This document shows, in pieces, positions 1 to 11,177 of a stretch of DNA of 64,000 nt (positions are counted from its first letter, which is position 1; each line of letters begins with the position of its first letter). The stretch is from Auanema rhodensis. Its lineage: Eukaryota; Animalia; Nematoda. A program made the position numbers and the translations under genes. The DNA lies in assembly GCA_964057225.1 (NCBI GenBank), contig OZ059898.1, positions 8,432,001 through 8,496,000 of the forward strand. Direction: 5' to 3'. The notes beneath the pieces are model-generated. The model was not told the DNA's origin. It did no database searches and saw only the letters and a program-made list of their open reading frames with translations.

Positions 1-407
1 AATATCACCTTTTTAATATTTATTTTATAAATAAACTATTAAAAAAGAGAAATGAAAATATTATATATTGTACTATTTATAATTTTTTAATATAAAAGCA
101 TACTTCAGTATTATTTCGCTATATACTTCCATTTTCCAGTATATTTGATCTCTTCGATCTTCCTTGTAATAATTCCTAGACCTTTTCTATTGAAACGGGT
201 TAAATAAAGCTTTTGTATTGTATAAACCGTTTAATCATATTTTCAAAAAAAAAAATTTTTTTTTCAATTTTCAAAGCAATTCGAGAGAAAACGCACTAAT
301 ATCGGTTATAATCCAGCAATAGGGAATATTTTTATTTGTTTTAAAAACATTTGTTAAAGAGATCAGAAAGTTTACGAGAAAGAAAAGAAAATCTAGAAAA
401 TCCTTTA

Positions 408-682
408 ATAGTTCACGTGAAGCCGGTTGAAATGTACAACTTGAACTGAGCTTCTTAAAACACATGAGAAGTTCATGCAAGCTCTATGATATTCACATAA
501 AGCTATAAGACAGTTCACGCAAAATTCCTAGAAAGTTCACGTAAATCTTTCAAAAAGTTCACGTAAAGGTTTTGGACAAGTTCACGCGACAAAAATAAAA
601 AAGATCATGCACACTGCATGGAAAGCTCGTGTAAAAGCCTTTATTCGAAGATTCCCATACAGTAGAATGTTCACGTGTTGGG
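408..682. repeat. Degenerate minisatellite-like array, core AAGTTCACG(T/C), period about 21-23 bp
   Basis: About 9-10 imperfect copies seen, e.g. agttcacgtga, gaagttcatgc, cagttcacgc, aaagttcacgtaaa, aaaagttcacgtaaagg, aagttcacgcgac, gttcacgtgttgg. Confidence 0.6.
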
Positions 683-1927
683 CATAGGAAGTTTCCGTTC
701 AACATCTTATGAAACTCAATACTATTTTCAAATTATTGTTCAATTGAAAAAAGAAAAAAACTGTAATTGTTAAAAACATATAATAAAAATAATTTTTACT
801 TTCTGAAGTTTTTGTTATAACATCATCGAAACAAAAATCGTTTTTTCTCTTATTACATATTATCTAGTTTATGGAATAAAACTAGTAAGTATTAACTTTT
901 TGTCTTTCCTATAATCATTGAGGGAGTAATTCACTAAGCGGATGATGCCAGTTATACAACAAGATGTAACGGTTATCATCCTCCCTCACTTCCATACACC
1001 CCCAATTTTGAATTTCATTGTGAAAATTATTAATATTGAGCAAAATATAAAAAATATTGATTTATTCATTAATTTTTTTGGTATTTTTAAATTTTTACAA
1101 TACAAAAATTTAATAATGCATAAAAAAACTTTATTCAGAAGCCTTGCAACAAAAATTAAGAATTCAATCATTATGGTCATAAAACATTTTTTAAAAACTT
1201 TATTCATTTTAAAATATTTTAAATTTATTGTTTCCACCTCAACAGTCAACAGAAAGTAATTCAAAATCAGTTTTTTAAAATGTATTTTCTGTTCTATTTA
1301 TAAACATATAATACAATATAATATAATAAAAAATTATAAAACATTTTTTTTATATTTTAAATGTTAGATATAGATTTGTTGCATATTCTAATCATTAGTA
1401 AGTAATGTCCTAATCTACTTAAAATTGTTAAAAAATATGATAAGAACGTATAGAACAATGAGACTAAGAAAATATTTTTCTTAAATATGAGGTATTACAA
1501 TGGAAACATTTCATTTTCTTTTGAATTTAATAGAATAAACAGATTTACAGATTTATATTTATTACAACCGTTATACTATATAATCCAAATACAGATGAAT
1601 AAACGAAATGATGAAAATTTGAATTAAAATATTTTATTTATTTCATATACTAATTAGAAGTGTAAAATAATTTATTTTGAAAGAAAACTTTCTCGTCTAA
1701 AACCCGTACAAGCTGACAAAGATGAAAAGGCTGTACATTGATATAGAAAAGTAATACATAAGAAGTGAACAACATCTTTAAAATACAGAGAAGTGAGAAT
1801 ATAATGATTTAGAAAAAGAGAAAAATAACAAATTAGAAACATATGTATAACTATAACTACCTATACAATCTATCCATATAATTTATAATTACAATCTAAC
1901 TTAAAATGCTAAACTAGATTTAATGTT

Positions 1928-4900
1928 TCAATTCCATACAACAACATTTGATGCATCCAATGCTACCATAATTATGAAACAAACATAAATTGCTATCAAA
2001 ATAATTGCAAATGGCCTCCGAACATAGAACTTTTGAACGAAAATACCTAAACAATCCAATTTTATAATTTTCTTTTTTGTGCTATTTTTATACTAACCAA
2101 CTAATAACGTTATTAATGCAATTCCAAGGAACAAGATTAAAAGATGGAAAGTTGGCCCAAATATTATCTGAAAACATGAAAATGTGTCTATGATATAATC
2201 AACTATGCTTACATTTATAGGTTTTGTTGCTGGATTAGCTAAGGCAATTGTGAAGGGTAGCCCGAAACCAATAAGCAAATCTAAGAGATTAGTATATTTT
2301 TAAAAGTATGTCATTATAGTTAAGAAAACAATTAAAGATTCAGTTCTTTTCACCATATATTGTTTCTTTTAATTTTGGAAAAAGCTTACTGAAGAGTGGA
2401 CCTCCAATGGCTGCAGCCATGGCCATACGAGGATATCCTTGTTTGACGACGGACACATCAGCAATTAAATCACCGATTGAGTTACTCCATGCTAAGATAG
2501 TTAATCCGAGAATCTAAAAAAGAAAATAGAAGTCAGTTACAATGTTGAAAAATGTTGAGTTTTGATGGAAATAACAAATGAATTAATCTCATTTCCTTTG
2601 AAATACTCTTTTTCTATTTCTGATAGTTTTTTTTATTTAATTTTATAATTAGCGGTAATGAGTCTTTTATTATTATGTGTACTTAAGATTGATGTGATAA
2701 TCTGATTGTTATCAATACGTTTCTCGTATTACGTAAATGAATAGAAGTTATTTGGAGATTAAGTTCTCATGTCACATATGCACATTCATGAGATAGTTTG
2801 ACGCAGGTCATAAAATGATATTTTCTATTTTAAGTGCTAAGGAAATTTCCTTGTTTCCTTTATAAATAGAAATATTCACCTCGTGAGAAATTCCTGAAAT
2901 AATTCCAATCATAGAAACTACATTAACAACTTCTGCAGCAATCATGTAAATCCATGCTACAGCCATTAAAAAACCCAGATACGAGTAAGTTTCCTGTAAT
3001 CAAGCGAAAATTGAATATATTAAAAGATAATCTAATTTTAATATTTATAAAACAAAACAATATAATACCTTGTAATATTTAGGTTGCTCCGTATATTTAG
3101 TGAATACTAAAATTAAAATTACAAAAACTGCAGAAAGTACCAAGCCATATAGCCAAAGACCTGGTCCGCCATAGCCAGGTACAGTAAGAAACACTGAAGT
3201 TATAGTATATACTTAAAACTATATTATATATCTTTGTTACTTTTGATACAAAATAAAAAACAACAGGGATCTAATACTGCGTGAATTAAAGCTCCAGCTT
3301 TTGACCAACTGTTTTCACTTAAAGGAATAGTTGCTTTGAATATAAACATTGGAATAATCTAAAAGTAAATTAATTAATTTTTAAATTTGTTCTTTATTAT
3401 ATTTTTCAAATAATAACTTACTTTGATGATTGAAAGCACTTTTTCGAACATATTCATTTCATCCCATTCTTCTTTTTTTGGGAAACACCGAAGATGATCA
3501 AGTAAATCTTGAATAATTACTGACCATGCATCATTCTGTATAGGTGGTGGAGCTGAAAAAGCATTGTGAGTTTTTGATAAAACTTGAAGAAGTTACGATC
3601 ATTGTGGAGAACTAACCTGTACTCGCTGCACGACTTCTAGCTGCATCTCCTCTGTAAACATGACCATGTATAACAAGAACTTCGTCTTCTTCTTCTTCAC
3701 CTATAATAAAAAAAATTATTTTTGAATAGTTTAATAATTCAAAAACCATGTCCAAACATAGATGGAAGTTCCATAGGTGGGAAGATGCTAGCAGTTTGGA
3801 TTCTATCATGAGTTGATACATTTCCGTTAGACTCGTTTTTTGCCGTTTGTTGAATTTTGTCCAGAGCATCCGAAACAACGGTTGCTATATTAATTTCTGG
3901 CACAATGGTATCTGTAATTATTAATTTATTATAAATATATTTGATATAATATATGTAAAGAATGAATATAAATAGAATATAATGAATATTAACTTACGAC
4001 ATCTAGATACAGTTCGTGTTCTTACAATACTATGATCCCTATCTTTCTAAAATATAAACGAATCATAATTATTATCACATTTTATAAATTGAAGTTCTTT
4101 ATAATTAGGTTGTAATTCATTTAATCGCTAACCTTTTTTGTTTTGAAGAATTTTTCAATTACAATAACAGTAATAACGTAAAGCACGTATAGTCCAAGGA
4201 ACACTAAACAAATCAAATAAGTGATATCCTATAGTTTTCAGTTTCAAATTAAATTATACCAGCAGGTTCCCAAACAGATAAAACTTGAGAATATAAAAAA
4301 TAGAACAGAAGTAATCCTACAGCAATTAGAAAAAATATCAAATCTCTGGTTGTTGAAATTGCATCAACCTCAAAAGGGCTGGTTAGAATAATAGTAGCAG
4401 TAACCATAAGCGGTACAAATACATTACCACCTGAAACAATTTAATTGAATGTTTGATAAACTTGGATATGTGTATAAGAATTTATGAATTGTTCATTTAT
4501 TGAATTATGAGTAATTGAACAAATAATTTTCAAATTTTGGGAAGCAAAATGTACATGTTTATGACGTGAGCATTGGTGCCTACATGAAATTTTAGCTTAC
4601 GTCAAAGTAGAATGTATGTGTTACACACGTGTTAATTCTTATCATTTAACAGAGTTTAAAAAGTTGTGAATGGTTGCTCTAATCAAAGAACATAAATTAA
4701 TAACTTTCCTTCTATTTTATGTTTTGTGTATCATAAATTACAGAAAAAACATTCAGAGATCTTATCAATTTTGAACTAAAAAATTGCGTACCCAGCAATT
4801 CTCCTAGAGCTAAATTAGCCTTAGGATCAGGAGTACTTAATACTGAAGCAATAGAACTGAATATATCAGGAGCTCCATTACCAAATGCCAAAAACGTAAC

Positions 4901-5468
4901 ACCCTGAAACAACGTATCTATACTATTCTTATACAATTGTATGAAAAACATATACAACTAGAAAATCAATAAACTTACAGCTACACTCTCACTAATCTTC
5001 AAATGGTTAACTATAGCAGCTACATTAGGAGAAAAAAAATCATCTCCAGCACTTGATAGAACAATAAACAAAAATAACATAAACACAGTACCAATAATAA
5101 TAATAAAAATCTGAATAAGTTCAATAATAAAAGAATAATTAGAATTTCCAAATCTACTTACACGTCCAACAGAAGAATCTGTGCATTCTACATACTTTGC
5201 CCATAGAAGATAGCCACCACCTTCACAAGAATCAGAGTTAATTTTAACGAATGTGCATGTTTCTGAAATTTATTCATAGATTGAAAGCAATTAAATAAAA
5301 ATTAAATTAAACGATGTCAAATTAATATCTTTATTCATATTTACCTTCATATGTCCAATTTTTGTATGGATCACACTCAGATACCTCTTGACTCCACGGT
5401 GATTGTTGGGCTGTTACGGAGTTAATCATAAAGATAGCTACAGCTATGCTCACCCAAGCCCAGCCCAT
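1928..5468 (-). CDS. Cation/Ca2+ exchanger, CCX/NCLX (SLC8B1) clade, C. elegans ncx-6 to ncx-10-like; multi-exon
   Basis: ATG at 5468 begins a signal-like N-terminus MGWAWVSIAVAIFMINSVTA. Alpha-1 repeat GVTFLAFGNGAPDIFSSIAS; alpha-2 repeat ILGLTILAWSNSIGDLIADVSVVKQGYPRMAMAAAIGGPLF. Ends VALDASNVVVWN* (TGA 1930-1928). Exact paralog not assignable. Confidence 0.93.
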
Positions 5469-6436
5469 AACTATTCTGAATTGAGGTAGTTTGAATAAAA
5501 TATTGTTAGAAATGTAATAAGAATGGAGAAAATGGTAAAATAACTGGAAAAACAAGATTATGTATTCATGTACGCGGTCGAATTGAAACAGCAACAGAAT
5601 TTTTTAAAACGATGTTAAAAGTTCAAAACAGATACACAAATTTATTCAGAAAATATGAAAACTCTGACTCATACTGCAACTAAAATGTTAATACTTCATT
5701 GTGATACATAGTATTATTAAAATTGAATTTGACTTTCGAAAATTATCTTAAAATATATGAAGGAATGAATGATTAATCTTGTATTTTGCATTACTTCAAT
5801 AGAGAAATACGAATCTCTTCCAAGTTGTCACCTTTTTTCTTTTCGTTATTAAGAAATGATGGACGCAAAAAAAACGTAATTGTCTACGAACATACATATG
5901 TATGCATATGTATAGATCGAAAAATTATAAAAAAAGAACTCAAAAACAAAATTTTCACCAGAAAGAAATTATTTTCAGATTGGGAATAATGAAGTTTATT
6001 TATTTCCCGGTAGAAGAAAAGGAAAGACCTAGGTAACAAATCAAATATTACTTTCACATAATTACTCAAGTTTTGTTTTTTATATGTATGACGTTGCAAA
6101 AGAATAATTGAAAATGATTAGGGCAATCAAAAGAATGAAATATGAGTTGAATTAATATAGAAACAAGACATCATAGAATTGCATGATGCTATTAAAATAA
6201 TAAGAATTGTCAATCTGATTATAACTGATAAGAGGATGATATACAAAATTATTATTTGGGGGTAGTCATAGTTTAATTTTTTTCAAGTTTTGAAAAAGAA
6301 TTGATTAATTTGCAAATGTATTCGAATTAAAGCTGCTTCAGGCAGCTTGTCTGCTCAAGAACGATTGGTGGAGCTTGATTTTTAATATTCACAAGTGAGA
6401 ATTGAATCAAAAATTCCAATTTAAAAAATCTTCAGC

Positions 6437-6621
6437 ATGGTTACACCCACTAGTGCTATACCAAGGTGTATCACATATGAAGCTGCCATTATTGCTATTT
6501 TGGTTTTGGTCATGATATTCACCAAATTTTTGAATAGAAAGTTTGAGACATATGTCAACATTAGAACTTCTGACGATTAAACTGAAGGATTAAGACTTTA
6601 ATAGGAAATATACAGAGAGAG
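6437..6621 (+). CDS. Candidate single-pass membrane microprotein (3' end uncertain)
   Basis: Putative exons 6342-6394, 6436-6540 and 6588-6621, joined by 41- and 47-nt GT-AG introns, keep one open frame: MVTPTSAIPRCITYEAAIIAILVLVMIFTKFLNRK|IKTLIGNIQRE. No recognisable homology. Confidence 0.3.
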
Positions 6622-8026
6622 GTAAGAATGTTTTTTTGAAAATTGTGTTAGTAGATTCTAAATAACACCTGTGCTGCCTTAAAACTGTCATCTTGTCCCA
6701 CCTAGGAATTTTAATCCTCGGTTGGAACATGTTTTACTATTTTCTCCCATTTTTGAACAGCCCTCTATTCAGGATATATTGTTATCGTCTTAAAAGATAA
6801 TAAAATGAAAAAAATTATATTACGAGAGCTAAGTTGCAGTTGATAGCCTATTGATGTGTCTGAAACTCCTTATTTAGCTATTTATTGAAAAAATGATGTA
6901 AACCGATATAAATTGCACTTTGTTCTCAAAGAATAGCTGGCGAAATGATAATATCCGAGCTAATAGAAACTTTCTAGAAGTGTCAATAAAATTTTTGTCA
7001 TGTTTCTATGAAGCACAAAAATAATTCCAATAAAATTTGACAATAATATTCAATTTTGTTTCACTAAACAAACAAGAAAAATTCAATAAATACAATATAT
7101 ATTTATAGTCAAAAAGCTTATTCTCCAAAAAATCCTCCTGAAAGGCTAGTCGACTGGCAATTTATTGCATGCCAACAGATACACAAATTTTTATATGGGA
7201 ATTACCTTCATAATTTTAAACAAAGGAAATAAAATTAAAAAAGAAACTGACGATAAGATTATTGTGCACCAGATGTGCTTAATCACTCAGGCACGCGACT
7301 GATAATCAGGATTGGCTTATCATCAAATCTCAGGCCAATATGTCAAAGAATGTTCGGGGATCAACAAGCATAGCATTCCTCTACTTTGTGTTTTGTTAAA
7401 TGTTTTTGAAATTAACATTAGACACTACAGAGCAAAGCATGGCAGCAGTTCTGCCTTATCGTTAATTAGCAAATGAAAAATGGAAATCATCTTGTTAGAG
7501 CGTAGAATACAACAACTACTGGTGTTATCTTGGTAATATTGCTAGATCGTACGGTATAAGTACCTACGTAAATTGATGACGAAAGGAAGAAAATCCGAAG
7601 GAAGATAAGACGTTAATTGAAATTGAATTTTGTACTTTTAAGGATATTAATCTGAAAAATACAATTGTAATCCTGTGTGAGATTTCTTGAATATCTAGCT
7701 AGCATGTTACTTTAAGCTTGGTAATTCATCATAAATCAGTATATTATAGTCATTACATATAACCAAATGTTTTATAATAGATAAAATTTAGACAACATAT
7801 TTACATGCACCTTTTCAAGTCTAGATAAACATTAGATTCTCATTGAATTATTATAATACCTTGTAAACTTAAAATATTCATTATTAGAATACTCAGAAAA
7901 ATGATGCACGTTGTAATTTAGACATAAGTACATCTATAAATTATATTGTACTGTCATCTTTTTTGAAAGAATCAAGAAACTGCAATAATAGATAATCGCC
8001 CCGCTGCTACATTATATAGCAGAACT

Positions 8027-8081
8027 CGCGCTCCTTTGCTAAAGCAACCGGCGCGAATTATAAATTTGATTTCGGTTTGAA
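8027..8081 (+). promoter_or_regulatory. air-1 promoter with E2F/CDE-like and CHR-like (DREAM-type) sites plus a CGCGCTCC motif
   Basis: CGCGCTCCTTTGC 8027-8039, GGCGCGAA 8050-8057 and TTTGAA 8076-8081 in a CpG-rich patch 135-190 bp upstream of a mitotic kinase ATG. Confidence 0.55.
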
Positions 8082-8216
8082 TTTTCATTCCGTCCAACCC
8101 AGAAATTTATGCTTCAGGTCATTTTTGGTTAATGTAAATAATTTGTTAGTGATATTGTTTACATGAGGCTCTGTTATACTGTTGATTAGCCATTAATTTC
8201 AGCTTTACTTTAAGTT

Positions 8217-9686
8217 ATGAGTGCCACAGAAGAATGCAAAGAAAATATAAATAATGAAAATGTTTTGGTTTGTTTTATCTTAAAATTTTTCTTACCAGTT
8301 ATTTAAGGAAACCAAAACTATTCCTGAATCCCAAAATCAGGCAGATGGAATAACATCCCAAGTTACTACTACTACTACCACCACTACTACTATTAGCCAT
8401 CCTGTAAACCCATCTTCTGAAAATAAAAAGTTAGGTACCAGATTGCTGGCTTGTTTGAATTTTTATATTTAGAGCCTCTTGGGTTTTAAATGATTTTGAT
8501 GTTGGGCGTCCCCTTGGTAAAGGAAAGTTCGGCTCTGTGTTTATTGCAAGAGAAAAAAGAACAAAATTTGTTTGTGCTTTAAAGGTTGGTATTTAGTTTT
8601 AACCCTGTAATTATTTATACTTCTTAGGTTTTATTCAAAAAACAGCTGAAAAAGTTTGGAGTTGAACATCAAGTTAAGCGTGAAATTGAGATTCAATATC
8701 ATTTAAGGTATTTCACTACTATATATCTAATCTGATTCTTGTTTAGACATCCAAACATTCTTGCACTTCATGGCTATTTTCACGATTATGAACGTGTATA
8801 CATTATTTTGCAATATGCTGAGAAAGGTGAACTTTATGGTTATATGAAGAAACAAAAAATGTTTTCTGCAATGGAGGCTGCTCAGTAAGTCCCAATCATG
8901 CATTCTTATTTCATTCCGGTTTTCTCGCAGTTTCATTGCTCAATTGGTGCACGCGTTAGCATACTGTCATTCTAAAACAGTTATTCACAGAGATATTAAA
9001 CCAGAGAATCTTCTTATTGATGATCATCACAATTTGTTGGCAAGTTTTATTTTTTTTTCTTCAGAACATAATAGTGTTGCTTTAGCTTTCTGATTTCGGT
9101 TGGGCCGTTATCTCTAACAACTCTAAAAGAGAAACTCTATGTGGTACATTAGATTATTTAGCCCCAGAAATGACTAGTGGTCAGCCTCATGATCATAATG
9201 TGAATTTATGCTCCCCGTTTTGGAAATTCATGATTTATTTTATAGGTAGATATTTGGGCTGTTGGTGTTTTACTATATGAGATGCTCTGCAGCCGTACAC
9301 CATTCGAGCGTACCAAGCAGGATGAAACTTTGGAAAACATTAGAAAGTGTAGATTTTTAGTGCGTTCTGATAAGAAGTACGCTCTTTAATTATCGCAATT
9401 CAGGTACCTACTGAGGTTTCTGCCGATGCTTCAGATTTGATTCGCAAGATTCTAGTTCTTGAACCTTCCAGACGGTTTGAATTTATTTTTATACTATAGT
9501 TAATGTCTTCTTCAGATTACCTCTGAAAGAAATTTGTTCTCATCCATTCATCGTGGAAGAAACTGGTTTCACTGACATGAGTAATTTACGCGCTAAACTT
9601 CCTCCCTCAAAGGTAATTTCAAACGGTCTTATGCGCATTATAAAATTATAATATTTCAGTATATTCTTAGTATGAAGTCAAAGTAA
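8217..9686 (+). CDS. air-1: Aurora kinase A; multi-exon
   Basis: Spliced translation [17 protein letters not shown]...[21 protein letters not shown]...VLFKKQL...[13 protein letters not shown]...[12 protein letters not shown]...[46 protein letters not shown]...YILSMKSK*. Activation segment and QPHDxNVD resemble AIR-1 more than AIR-2. Confidence 0.92.
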
Positions 9687-10139
9687 AGACTGTTTGATTT
9701 GCACAAACCAATATCTGTTGGATATACTAGTTTTTGGTGTTTTATGATATGATTTGATGAAGAATTAGTGATTTTATGTTCATAACAAATATTTCATTTT
9801 TATTGATGAAAGATATACCTGTATTTATGAAACCTTTTTGATGATTCTTAGTGTTTTTCATGCAATTAAAAAGCTGAATGATATAACAAATGTCAATGAC
9901 AGTTATCTAGCTTTTGCACATTCATTTCCTTGTAGCGATGAAAAAAAACAAACTTTATTCTTTCGTAAGGTCATATGATGGCAAGGACAATGTGCTTCTC
10001 GAATTTCCAATGACAACTGTCCAAGTTTTTAGAGCAAACGAGTTGCATATGTACAAATGTTAATATATAATATATATATGATTATCTCCCGTAATATTCT
10101 AATTGATTACTATCTGATTCTGATGCTATAGTTAGGTTT

Positions 10140-11177
10140 TTAAAGTGAGTATAAATAATATGCTATAACAGTGGCAAGTACAGCAATAAGTTGCAAAGAA
10201 CTCCAGGATATGGTTATTGTGTCTTTTGAGCTTTTTTGCATGTCCATGTTCTCCGATTTCAATTGGGAATTCCGCCTAAGTTCTTCTTGCAGCTGTTTTT
10301 GTACCTGGAAGTAAATGAACATAAGGTTTTAAAATAATCTTAAAATATTACCTTTGTCACATATTCTAAAGCATCTTCCCATTGTTTTAGTAGTTGTTCA
10401 TTTTGTAATTCCAATCGCTCTCTATCAACCAAAGCCTTAAAAAAAGAGAAAAATGTAAATAAGATATTAAAGTTCTTAAGATCTTATATGATTGATGATG
10501 TGCATAGTTAGGGAATCAAAGATATCTCTTTTCTAGTTTAAAGCAATCTATCACAGTGCATTTGAACCTAACTTTTCGAAGTATTTCAATCAAATACTTG
10601 TCTCAGGTTATGTCCGTTAATGGGAATCGTGTTTTTCAAGCTGTTTCTTAAAAAAAAAGAAACATGGTATAGGAGGATCGTTTACAAATGAGATAATGGA
10701 TAATCTGATGAAACGGTAACAAACCTGTTCTAATCTGTCCCTGTATCCATAATCATCATTTGAAGGTGACAATCGGCATTTTGAAGTCGTGGGCGAGACA
10801 CGGACATTTTCAATTATGGTTATTTCATTATCGCTGCTCATTGATTCCTTAAATGGTTATCTTTTAACTGGTTCATCGTATCACTTTGTTACCGCATCAA
10901 ATTTAGTTTCCGAATGTTCATTCTCCAGAATTGAAATAAGGTGGCTTTGCTCGAAGATTAACCTTTCTTTCGCCTTGATTTCTTCTTCGAGCTGTTCAAT
11001 TACGTTTTCTCTCATTTTAACCTGTAGGAAACTAGTCTTTAATATATTGTTTTCTAATATGGTTTTTTAACGTTAATTCCTCAATTATGAACTATAGCTC
11101 TGACTCACCTTGTCACTTGTATGAGCAAGTTGAGTCTCCAGATTAGCAATTTGTATCAAAATATCAGAAGTTGTCAT
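10140..11177 (-). CDS. Uncharacterised 189-aa coiled-coil protein with C-terminal transmembrane anchor
   Basis: Five phase-0 exons (11177-11109, 11021-10893, 10847-10725, 10435-10352, 10304-10140): MTTSDILIQIANLETQLAHTSDK|VKMRENVIEQLEEEIKAKERL...|ALVDRERLELQNEQLLKQWEDALEYVTK|VQKQLQEELRRN...LQLIAVLATVIAYYLYSL*. ATG lies 2 nt after a TTTCCAG acceptor, so an N-terminal extension is possible. Confidence 0.8.

Noticed and set aside
942-1264. Overlapping 105-aa (+) and 92-aa (-) ORFs
   Set aside because: F/I/K/N/L-rich products typical of AT-rich non-coding DNA; no motifs or splice structure.
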